From Bacteroidales bacterium (lineage in GTDB: Bacteria; Bacteroidota; Bacteroidia; Bacteroidales; B18-G4), in NCBI GenBank assembly GCA_030606625.1, contig JAUWGC010000001.1, positions 1-50,751 on the forward strand: a stretch of DNA of 50,751 bases, written 5' to 3'. The notes under the pieces were generated by a model. The model did not search any database. It worked only from the letters and a program-made list of their open reading frames with translations, and was not told where the DNA came from. Position numbers and translations under genes: made by a program. Shown piece after piece: positions 39,070-47,271 of the stretch; positions within the stretch are counted from its first letter, which is position 1; the number at the start of each line of letters is the position of its first letter.

Positions 39070-39624
39070 GTGGCAACAAATGATCTTGCAATAAAAATCA
39101 AAAAAGCTTGTCAGGCAAAGGGTATCAATATTCAGGAACTTGCGGGGAAGGCTGGAGTAAATATGTCGGCCTCAGGCTTATATGCCTCATTGGCAAATAA
39201 CACAATGAAGGTATCTAATTTATTGGCTATTGCTGAAGAACTGGAGATACCGGTGACGGATTTGATGCCCCGGGGAGATAAACAAGAAGGACTTAAGATA
39301 GATGAATTAAAGGATAAGCTGAACAAATGCAATGAGAGAATAAGAATGTTAGAGGAGAAGCTGGAGGATAAAACCAGAATAATTGAATTGAGTGATGGAA
39401 TCATAAAAAAGAATGAACAGGTCATTACATACCTGAATGAACAAATGAACAACCTGAAATATAAATATAAGGACCTTCAGGGAAATTTCAGGAATATTGA
39501 CGGTATTATCGAAGAACCTGTATCCGCAGGAGAAGAGGAAAATACTTATGAAAAAAAATTAAAGTTGTTGAAAAAGGAAATATCAGAATTGAGAATAAAA
39601 ATCAGTGATATTATAAGTCTATGA
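39070..39624 (+). CDS. XRE-family helix-turn-helix protein with long C-terminal coiled coil
   Basis: 184 aa with a GTG start. HTH KKACQAKGINIQELAGKAGVNMSASGLYASLAN, followed by a heptad-rich K/E/L tail. Its stop overlaps the next gene's ATG (ATGA at 39621-39624). Confidence 0.65.
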   Translation: MATNDLAIKIKKACQAKGINIQELAGKAGVNMSASGLYASLANNTMKVSNLLAIAEELEIPVTDLMPRGDKQEGLKIDELKDKLNKCNERIRMLEEKLEDKTRIIELSDGIIKKNEQVITYLNEQMNNLKYKYKDLQGNFRNIDGIIEEPVSAGEEENTYEKKLKLLKKEISELRIKISDIISL

Positions 39625-41477
39625 GAAATTTAATATTATTATTGCTTGCAGGAGTTTTAGTCTTGTGCCAAAACAGTGAAACTGAAACTGTTAGTTGGAC
39701 TGTAGAAAAACATGCCCCGGTTGAGATCAATATTGATGATATAAAGGTTGATGGGGAGCTTGGCCCGTTTGAGATCGGAATGAGTTCTGAGATAATTTCA
39801 GATGGGGTCAATGTGGTTTCAATCACTCTTCGTTCACCGGAAACTGCTAACCCACCGGAGTTTACATTAAAATGGAGTTTTCCATCTTCAGATATTTATG
39901 CTTTCTGGAATTCAAACATCAGCACAGACAGGGTAAACTATTATTACAACAGGGTCAGTTCCCGGGCGTCAAGCCAGGCACCGGTGATCTGTTTTATGAA
40001 CAACAGGGATCAGAACCGTTTAACCATAGCTGTTTCAGATGCACTTAATCGTGTTGTTACTTCGGCATACCTCCGGGAAGAGGATATCAGGTTTCATTGT
40101 TCTGTAACATTCTTCAGCGAGCCACATCATGGTATTAGTGAATATAAAGTGCAACTAAGATTTGATTCTAGGAATATTCCATTCTACGAGGCAATAAATG
40201 ATGTATCAGAGTGGTGGGCTTCACAGGATCAATATGAGCCGGCACTGGTTCCGGACTATGCCAGAATGCCTGTGTATTCCACCTGGTATAGTTTTCATCA
40301 GAACCTTGATGCAGATGAATTGATAGAACAATGCAGGATGGGTAAGAAAATAGGACTGGAGGTGCTGATTGTTGATGATGGCTGGCAGACAATGGATAAC
40401 CAGCGCGGGTATGCCTTTACAGGTGACTGGGAGCCGGTCCGTTTACCAGGCATGAAGGCTTTTGTTGACAGTATACATGCGTTGGATATGAAATGCTTGC
40501 TCTGGTATTCATTGCCGTTCATAGGGGAAAAATCGAAAAATTATGAAATGTTCCGCGGGAAATACCTCAGATACTGGGAAGGCCAGGGGACATGGGTGCT
40601 GGATCCGCGATATCCTGAAGTCAGGGAGCATATTATAGAGACCTATGAAAAGGCATTGCGTGAGTGGGATCTGGATGGCTTTAAACTCGACTTTCTCGGT
40701 TGGTTTTCAGCAACTGATGAAACAGTACTTGACGCTTCCCATGGAAGGGATTATGCTTCAGTGAATGAGTCAGTGGACAGGTTGATGACAGATATTATGG
40801 CAAGACTGAGAAAAATAAATCCTGACATCATGATAGAATTCCGTCAACCATATATTGGCCCCCTGATGCGGAAATATGGTAATATGTTTAGGGCTGCCGA
40901 TTGCCCTAATATGGAAGTTGTGAACAGGGTAAGAACAACTGATCTGAGATTGCTAAGCGGTAATACGGCTGTGCATTCCGATATGTTCCGGTGGCATGCC
41001 GAAGATCCGGTGGAAAGTGCTGCCCTGCAAATCCTGAATATCCTTTTCAGCGTCCCGCAGCTGTCGGTAAAAATTGATTCCATACCGGATGAGCATTATC
41101 AAATGGCAAAGTTCTGGATCAATTACTGGAGAAAGAACAGGGATATTTTGCTTGACGGAAAATTTATCCCGGTTAATCCCGGAGGACTGTATCCGGTATT
41201 AATGGCAAAAGGATCAGATAAACTGATAGCAGCGGTTTATGAAGATCATTTTCTGACAATAGAGGATCATCTTGTCAGAAATATGGATATTGTAAATGCC
41301 AAAGGAACAGAAACCATTATTATTGATCTGGAAAATCCTTTTGGAAAAGTGGAAATCAAGATTTATGACTGTATGGGGAATGTTGTGAAGGAGGATTTGA
41401 TAAGAATTAAAAAAGGAATACACAAATTTAATGTGCCACCTTCAGGTCTGTTGGTTATGGTGAAATGTGAAATGTGA
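39621..41477 (+). CDS. Secreted GH36-like glycoside hydrolase (alpha-galactosidase family)
   Basis: 618 aa with a signal peptide. LIVDDGWQ and DGFKLDFL motifs are characteristic of GH36/GH27 clan D enzymes. Confidence 0.7.
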   Translation: MRNLILLLLAGVLVLCQNSETETVSWTVEKHAPVEINIDDIKVDGELGPFEIGMSSEIISDGVNVVSITLRSPETANPPEFTLKWSFPSSDIYAFWNSNISTDRVNYYYNRVSSRASSQAPVICFMNNRDQNRLTIAVSDALNRVVTSAYLREEDIRFHCSVTFFSEPHHGISEYKVQLRFDSRNIPFYEAINDVSEWWASQDQYEPALVPDYARMPVYSTWYSFHQNLDADELIEQCRMGKKIGLEVLIVDDGWQTMDNQRGYAFTGDWEPVRLPGMKAFVDSIHALDMKCLLWYSLPFIGEKSKNYEMFRGKYLRYWEGQGTWVLDPRYPEVREHIIETYEKALREWDLDGFKLDFLGWFSATDETVLDASHGRDYASVNESVDRLMTDIMARLRKINPDIMIEFRQPYIGPLMRKYGNMFRAADCPNMEVVNRVRTTDLRLLSGNTAVHSDMFRWHAEDPVESAALQILNILFSVPQLSVKIDSIPDEHYQMAKFWINYWRKNRDILLDGKFIPVNPGGLYPVLMAKGSDKLIAAVYEDHFLTIEDHLVRNMDIVNAKGTETIIIDLENPFGKVEIKIYDCMGNVVKEDLIRIKKGIHKFNVPPSGLLVMVKCEM

Positions 41478-41500
41478 AATGTGAAATGTGAAATGTGAAG
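41460..41500 (+). repeat. Tandem heptad (GTGAAAT)x5 plus a partial unit, spanning the GH36 stop codon
   Basis: Read directly. The last codons GTG AAA TGT GAA ATG TGA (VKCEM*) are encoded by the array. Confidence 0.95.
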
Positions 41501-41513
41501 AATAATGATCATT

Positions 41514-41681
41514 TTAACCTTCATCTTGGTTTTCCTTTAGTTTTTGCAGTTCTTTAACTTTAAGGGTAAGGTTTGCCTTTTCCTTTTTCAGTTTCTCAAT
41601 GGTTGTTTCAAGGCTCAGGATTGTATTGAATGATAAAATGAGTTTCTTGCGTAATATATAGAACTTATCAGTTGTGGACAT
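41514..41681 (-). CDS. Possible 55-aa coiled-coil micro-protein
   Basis: Below the ORF-track cutoff. My own translation is MSTTDKFYILRKKLILSFNTILSLETTIEKLKKEKANLTLKVKELQKLKENQDEG*. It lies 43 nt downstream of, and co-directional with, the LysM gene. Confidence 0.3.
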   Translation of the reverse strand: MSTTDKFYILRKKLILSFNTILSLETTIEKLKKEKANLTLKVKELQKLKENQDEG

Positions 41682-41724
41682 TTGTTTATTGATTTTAAAT
41701 CAGAATCATTTATTTACTGTTTTG

Positions 41725-42246
41725 TCAACGGCAAACGTAAATGTAAAGCATATGACCTTCGATAATTAGATCAGGATCTGTTATATTATTGTCACAGGCA
41801 ATCTTACCATATATGTGTCCGTCCCCATAATATTTCATGGCAATTGAAAACAGTGTTTCACCCCATTTTATAGTATGATAAATGATCTGTGGTTTAGGTT
41901 TTCTCTCTACAATAGTTGTTTGCAGTTGCTTTATCTGTTCTATAAATTTTTCATTTCCATTCAGCAGGTTTTGCTTTTCAGTAGTCAGTTGTTCAATCCT
42001 GAACTCTGCCTCTACTAAATTATCCGTAGTGTTTTTGGATTTATTCAGCATATAGAAGTAGGTGCCGATCCACAAACCAAGCAGGAAAGCTGCAGTAATA
42101 CCTAAAATAAGATTAATGATTCTTCTTTTTTTGCAAGTCTTTTCCAAATCACTGATCAAATGAAATGCCTCCAGGTCAGAATGACAATTTGGGCATTCTT
42201 TGGTTCCTGAAGGAATATTTTTATAATGACAAACAGGACATTCCAT
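41725..42246 (-). CDS. Zinc-ribbon / TM / coiled-coil / LysM domain protein
   Basis: 173 aa. CPVC...CPNC N-terminus, one TM helix, and a C-terminal LysM (YHTIKWGETLFSIAMKYYGDGHIYGKIACDNNITDPDLIIEGHMLYI). Confidence 0.75.
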   Translation of the reverse strand: MECPVCHYKNIPSGTKECPNCHSDLEAFHLISDLEKTCKKRRIINLILGITAAFLLGLWIGTYFYMLNKSKNTTDNLVEAEFRIEQLTTEKQNLLNGNEKFIEQIKQLQTTIVERKPKPQIIYHTIKWGETLFSIAMKYYGDGHIYGKIACDNNITDPDLIIEGHMLYIYVCR

Positions 42247-42376
42247 GATTAAAACTATTGATTTTGTTTAACATATCGACAATCTTGCAATGTAATAAAA
42301 GTATCAGACAAACGCAAACCTGAAGCATTGATTGGTGGAAATCACGTAGTTCGTTACGGAGGGTATACTTAAAGCT

Positions 42377-42418
42377 CCAAGTACCAATTTCCAAATACCA
42401 AACAAATCTCAAATACCA
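42377..42418. repeat. Heptad-periodic tract CCAAGTA CCAATTT CCAAATA CCAAACA AATCTCA AATACCA
   Basis: Read directly. It lies downstream of the MEMO-like gene, which is on the minus strand. Confidence 0.8.
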
Positions 42419-42479
42419 AAATGAATTTGAATAACTTATAACGTATAACCAATAACATTTTACAATCGTTCATTAACAA

Positions 42480-43592
42480 TTACTCGTATCCAATAGCAAC
42501 ATACCCTACCCAGTGATGTAAGTTAGAAGGTGCAGTAGTACCCATCCTGAGGTCAGCAACAGATAAAACAGGGTGATCAATGCTTGTGGCATAGCAAATA
42601 CGCAGGCCGCAAGGAACGTCAAATCCCTGGAATTCCCCTAAATAATATGCTGTAAGCAATCCAAAAGGCACGGAATACCTTCCACACCAAGGCCATTTGT
42701 ATATTTTATGATCTTCTTCCGAAACTGTATAGCTTGTGAACTTCCTAAGCTTATAAGGATCTATCTGACAAATAAGACAAGAATCAATAATTTCAAGTTC
42801 ATGGCCAATAGCAAGGTTATAACCGGCAGTATCCGTACCATAAGGTGCATAATTATTACCTCCCCAGTCTTCATCACCATAATGAACACAATCGGTGGAT
42901 ATAAGAAAAGCATAATCAACACCCCAGACTGCATTATGTTTATTTGCCGTTTCCAGTATTGCCCTGGATAAAGGCACAGCGATCTCCAGCATTTTTTCAA
43001 AGCTCATATAGGGAATGAGGATAGGAACGATTTCCAGATCTCTTTGCCTGGCTTGTAAAAAGGGGAGAAGGGCTTCAAGTGAATGCTCAACAGTATGCAT
43101 AGAGTCATGTACTGTATAAAAATCTTCAGGCAGTTGTTCAAGTATCTCTTCACGCCATGAAGAAACCTGAATTGGGCCATATGGACATTGCCAATTGTCA
43201 AAACTATCAAAGACAAGAACATCTTCAAGGTCGAATAACCTGGCTTTATGTGCAACACCAAACAGTATTACCGTCTTTGTTTTTACATTATCAAGTACCG
43301 CAGGATATACATAACTGGCATAGGCATAATCATCATGAGGAGAGATAGCTACTTTCCAACTGGTTTGTGATTTTATTTCCAGGGAATCCTTCAGATTGTT
43401 CAGGAAGATACCATAATCTCTTTCAATGCGATTCAATACAGAGTCCATCTGCAGGTCGAGATGAGCAAAACCAACAGTATCAACCATTGTGCGGATTTTG
43501 GTTGTTTTACCTGAACCTTGATGTTCTGTGCATGAGCTGATAAATAATAACAGTAAGCAATAAACAGGGATAATAAAAAGCGATTTTTTCAT
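42480..43592 (-). CDS. MEMO1 / AmmeMemoRadiSam system protein B family lipoprotein
   Basis: 370 aa with lipoprotein signal LLLLFISSC. Memo-type motifs: ISPHDDYAYAS, LFGVAHKA, EHSLEALLPFLQ, ISTDCVHYG, WCGRYSVPFGLL. Confidence 0.65.
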   Translation of the reverse strand: MKKSLFIIPVYCLLLLFISSCTEHQGSGKTTKIRTMVDTVGFAHLDLQMDSVLNRIERDYGIFLNNLKDSLEIKSQTSWKVAISPHDDYAYASYVYPAVLDNVKTKTVILFGVAHKARLFDLEDVLVFDSFDNWQCPYGPIQVSSWREEILEQLPEDFYTVHDSMHTVEHSLEALLPFLQARQRDLEIVPILIPYMSFEKMLEIAVPLSRAILETANKHNAVWGVDYAFLISTDCVHYGDEDWGGNNYAPYGTDTAGYNLAIGHELEIIDSCLICQIDPYKLRKFTSYTVSEEDHKIYKWPWCGRYSVPFGLLTAYYLGEFQGFDVPCGLRICYATSIDHPVLSVADLRMGTTAPSNLHHWVGYVAIGYE

Positions 43593-43607
43593 GACGGGAA
43601 TAATTTT

Positions 43608-44414
43608 TCATCCATGAATTAATTTTTTCTTTATAATAAGATCCTGCCATCTTTCCGGCAATAATGCAAAAATCTTCAGTAAATGATTATTGTTTATATG
43701 ATATGTGTATTTCGGATGTCTGGTAGTCCCGGCTTTGTATACAAGCCTGGCAACTAATGAAGGGTCTGCTTCATTGCCTCTGTATCCGGGTGCCAATTTT
43801 CTGAAAATGTCGAAATCAGTCTTATAAATTGGAATATTTTCAGGAAGCTCCATATTCTTCAATGCATCGAGGAAGCCGGTTTTAATAGCTCCGGGCCTGA
43901 TCAGGATGGTTTTGACGCCTTTTAGCATAAGTTCCTGCCTGATTGAACGGTGAACTACTTCCATAGCCAGCTTGGAAACGGAATAAGGCTGAAAAACCCC
44001 CGGAATCTTATAACTTTCACTACTAATATTGATCACCCTGCCCTTTGATTTGATCAGCATGGGTAAAAAGGTTTGTATTACATTAAGAGGGCCAAAAACA
44101 TTGACTTTGAAAATGCTCAAAAGCATTTCAGATTCGCACTCTGATATTGGAAAAAAGGAGATGACACCGGCATTGTTGATGACCACATCTAAAAGTCCGG
44201 TTTTGGAATTGATAATCTCAAAGGCTTCACGGCAGGAGACCGGGTTACTGACATCAAGGGTAAGTGGAAGGATATTTTGGTGGCTTTCAAAGTCCTTTAA
44301 AAATGAATAATTACAGTCTGAAGCATAAACATAATGACCATGTTTTGAGAATTCATTTGTAACGGCCCTTCCCAGGCCTTTTCCCGCACCGGTGATGAGA
44401 ACATTAAGTTTCAT
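43608..44414 (-). CDS. SDR family oxidoreductase
   Basis: The ATG at 44414 (MKLNVLITGAGKGLG, TGxxxGxG) is preferred to 44444. NNAG and catalytic YSVSK (YxxxK). Confidence 0.85.
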   Translation of the reverse strand: MKLNVLITGAGKGLGRAVTNEFSKHGHYVYASDCNYSFLKDFESHQNILPLTLDVSNPVSCREAFEIINSKTGLLDVVINNAGVISFFPISECESEMLLSIFKVNVFGPLNVIQTFLPMLIKSKGRVINISSESYKIPGVFQPYSVSKLAMEVVHRSIRQELMLKGVKTILIRPGAIKTGFLDALKNMELPENIPIYKTDFDIFRKLAPGYRGNEADPSLVARLVYKAGTTRHPKYTYHINNNHLLKIFALLPERWQDLIIKKKLIHG

Positions 44415-44554
44415 GATTTTGAGATGAAAGGTCAAATATAACAAAAGTGAGAACGGAATGGAAAGAAATTTGTAATTCGTTATTGTTTATTAGTATTGAT
44501 TTTTTTATTAACTTACAGTCACGAAAAAAATGTTTAACCTTAACTTTTCCTATC

Positions 44555-46801
44555 ATGAAAAAAGCAATCACTTTCTTCGCGGTTCTTATTGTTTTATCAG
44601 TGCTTTCAGGATATTCCCAGACTTACATGGATCTTGAGGACAATATGGACATATCCAGTAATTCCTGGATCATTATTAATCCGGGTAACTATACAATTCC
44701 TGATGTTGGAAACGATGGTCTTATCAGGATAAATGACAAGGAGAACATAATTATAGATGGAACAAATGTGAATGTTGATGGAGTTGATTATACAGGCTAT
44801 ATGATTAAAATGAACAACTCCAATAATATTGTTATAAAGAATTTTGAATCGGTATGTCATTTTTATTATGCGGTTTATATAACAAATTCTGACAGTATCA
44901 TTATTAACGACTGTAACTATTCGTGGAATAAAGTGGATTCAACCGGCTGGATCAGCATATGGACCAATTACCAGTCTGCCCTGGGAGGGGGCGTGATGAT
45001 GTATCAGACAAACTATGCTGAGATCTACAACAATAATATGAAGTATCAGAATGACGGTGTAGCTCTTTACCATTGTGATTCCATCAATATTTGGGACAAC
45101 GATTTCTCTTGGAATACATCGTTTGGTATCCGCATGTATTTTACGAATTATTGCCATATCCATTATAATAACTGTTCACATGTTAACCGGCCGTTTACCA
45201 ACCCAAGTGATTGTGCTGCATTACTGGTGCTTGTTTCCAATGAAAACCTCGTGGAACACAATGACCTTTCCTATTCAGGTGACGGGGTATTTCTGGGCCA
45301 GTATCAGTATTCATACATCCCGAATAATAATATTTTCCAGTACAATGAATGTTCCTATTCCCCGCACAATGCTATAGAAGCCACTTTTGCAGATGGAAAT
45401 ATTTTCAGGCACAACAATTGCAATTACAGTCATTATGGTATGTGGCTTGGCTATTCGTTCAATTCCCTGGTAGACAGCAACGAAGTGATCGGGAACCAGC
45501 ATTCGGGAATAGCAATTGACAGGGGATTCAATAATACCATTACCGGTAATGATATCAGTGAAAACCCGGTGGGAATAGAATTATGGGAAGGAGATAATAT
45601 CCCAGGTTATGAGGATCAATATTCGCATGATTATTTCATAAGGGACAATATTATTGAAGGTAACCGCCTGGCTGTTCAGGCACAGAATACAGAGCATCTT
45701 ATCGTGGAAGGGAACGAATTCCTGTACAATAATAATGGTATACTGCTTGAAGAAGAATCATTTGATGATACTATTTCTTCAAACCTGTTTTACAATACTA
45801 CTTTTTATCATATTGAAAATCAGTCGACGTATGATATTTTTGCCCATAATAATACGTTTTTTTCTCCTGATGAAGATTTTATTGAATGTAATATTTACGA
45901 TAAAACGGATGATCCGGCAAAGGGCGAGGTGATATGGCAGCCATTCAGTTATGGAAATACTCCCGTAATAAAGGATGAACTGGTTGATGACATGGCAGAA
46001 GAACCTGCCTTGTGGTATGCCTATACTGAAATTTGCTGGTGGCATGATTCCAGCTTAGCTACGAATGTACAATGGGACTACTCTGATAAGATCGTTGGTG
46101 AAGCATCTGTATTTTGTGAAACCGGTAATGGCTGGGACATTGGGCTACATTATTGGCCAACAGGAGATACATTAATATCCTGGTCAATTAAAGAAGAAGA
46201 CACACTGAAATTTTGGTTAAAAACGACTAATAATACAGTTTATGGATTCCAATTTCACCAAATCCGGGTTGGCAACAACTGCGGAGGGTATTTCAAATAT
46301 ACGGGTCCATCCTCTGTTCTTAACAATGCAATAGGTAACTGGATTCAGGTGAATGTTCCGCTGGCCGGAGGTGGTGTACCATCTTATTCCCGTACACAAT
46401 ATGGAAATGTATCATTTGATGATATTAGTTTTGTTTCCATCCACGCTGATACCTGGGATGTAGGATTCGAGATCTGGGTAGATGGTATTCATTTCACCTC
46501 TGTATCCACAGATATTGAGGAATATGCTGAAAAAGGGCTTATTTATATCACCAATTACCCCAATCCTTTTACTGAATATACTACCATTTCTTATTATCTG
46601 CCGGCTAATGACCATGTTCGGTTAACAGTTTATGATATTTCCGGCAGAAAAGTCAGAACCCTGAAAGATGAACAGACTTCCCCCGGATACCATGAGATCA
46701 GATTGATGAGCAGGGATCTGCCAAAAGGGATCTATTTTTACAGCATTCAAACCAGTAAGCAGATTATTACAAATAAGATGGCGGTGATTAGTGACGAGTG
46801 A
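44555..46801 (+). CDS. Right-handed parallel beta-helix repeat protein with T9SS C-terminal sorting domain
   Basis: The ATG at 44555 (MKKAITFFAVLIVLSVLSGYSQ signal) is preferred to 44447. Many N..I..N beta-helix repeats. C-terminal NYPNPFTEYTTISYYL...GIYFYSIQTSKQIITNKMAV is a T9SS CTD. Confidence 0.8.
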   Translation: MKKAITFFAVLIVLSVLSGYSQTYMDLEDNMDISSNSWIIINPGNYTIPDVGNDGLIRINDKENIIIDGTNVNVDGVDYTGYMIKMNNSNNIVIKNFESVCHFYYAVYITNSDSIIINDCNYSWNKVDSTGWISIWTNYQSALGGGVMMYQTNYAEIYNNNMKYQNDGVALYHCDSINIWDNDFSWNTSFGIRMYFTNYCHIHYNNCSHVNRPFTNPSDCAALLVLVSNENLVEHNDLSYSGDGVFLGQYQYSYIPNNNIFQYNECSYSPHNAIEATFADGNIFRHNNCNYSHYGMWLGYSFNSLVDSNEVIGNQHSGIAIDRGFNNTITGNDISENPVGIELWEGDNIPGYEDQYSHDYFIRDNIIEGNRLAVQAQNTEHLIVEGNEFLYNNNGILLEEESFDDTISSNLFYNTTFYHIENQSTYDIFAHNNTFFSPDEDFIECNIYDKTDDPAKGEVIWQPFSYGNTPVIKDELVDDMAEEPALWYAYTEICWWHDSSLATNVQWDYSDKIVGEASVFCETGNGWDIGLHYWPTGDTLISWSIKEEDTLKFWLKTTNNTVYGFQFHQIRVGNNCGGYFKYTGPSSVLNNAIGNWIQVNVPLAGGGVPSYSRTQYGNVSFDDISFVSIHADTWDVGFEIWVDGIHFTSVSTDIEEYAEKGLIYITNYPNPFTEYTTISYYLPANDHVRLTVYDISGRKVRTLKDEQTSPGYHEIRLMSRDLPKGIYFYSIQTSKQIITNKMAVISDE

Positions 46802-46832
46802 CCAGTGACCAGTGACGAGTGATCAGTAGGGA
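46784..46832 (+). repeat. Heptad array GTGATTA GTGACGA GTGACCA GTGACCA GTGACGA GTGATCA (GTAGGGA), spanning the stop codon of the beta-helix gene
   Basis: Read directly. The CDS ends GTG ATT AGT GAC GAG TGA (VISDE*) inside the array. Confidence 0.95.
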
Positions 46833-46834
46833 GA

Positions 46835-46896
46835 GATTTACGATACACGATATACGATATACAATTTGATTTTAGATTTGCTACTTATGACTCACG
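46835..46896 (+). repeat. Repeat family C copy 2a (left flank of family A copy 2)
   Basis: GATTTACGATACACGATATACGA-TATACAA-TTTGATTTTAGATTTGCTACTTATGACTCAC. It is a direct repeat of 47173-47226, differing by one 7-nt indel and 3 substitutions. Confidence 0.9.
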
Positions 46897-46948
46897 AAAA
46901 AGCGGAAAATAGCTAACGGCAAATGATAGAAATGACATTAATGTATAG

Positions 46949-47145
46949 CTTACGTTTGAAAATGCACTTAATTTTGTTAAATGCTAGCCGGTGGGGGGAG
47001 TGCACGAATGGTGTGGCACTTTCGGGGATTGTGTGGTGGGAAGTCTGACCGTGGGGAGAAAGGGCTTCATTCGTGCTGCCTTTTTCTTTGGTTCGTTTCT
47101 TTTGGGCAAACAAAAGAAATGAACAAGCATATAATACGGCGGGCA
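46949..47145 (+). repeat. Repeat family A copy 2 (197 nt): candidate structured small RNA or micro-ORF gene
   Basis: See 16392-16588. All helices are retained. CGGT/ACCG becomes TGGT/ACCG, which is U-G on the + strand, and the hairpin loop changes GGCAAG to GGCAAA. Confidence 0.85.
46951..46958 (+). promoter_or_regulatory. TACGTTTG -7 box at the 5' edge of repeat A copy 2
   Basis: Same position within the repeat as 16394-16401. Confidence 0.35.
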
Positions 47146-47172
47146 TCGCAAGGCGAATAACAAAGATCCTTT

Positions 47173-47226
47173 GATTTACGATACACGATATACGATTTGA
47201 TTTTAGATTTGTCACTTACGACTCAC
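47173..47226 (+). repeat. Repeat family C copy 2b (right flank of family A copy 2)
   Basis: GATTTACGATACACGATATACGATTTGATTTTAGATTTGTCACTTACGACTCAC. Confidence 0.9.
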
Positions 47227-47271
47227 AATTATTCATCAACGATTGATATATTTTGGAATACCTTTGAATTA

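Noticed and set aside
41460-41500. Tandem repeats here and at 46784-46832 considered as a CRISPR array
   Set aside because: The units are 7 nt long and directly abutting with no spacers. CRISPR repeats are roughly 25-40 nt and separated by unique spacers. No cas genes are present in the window.
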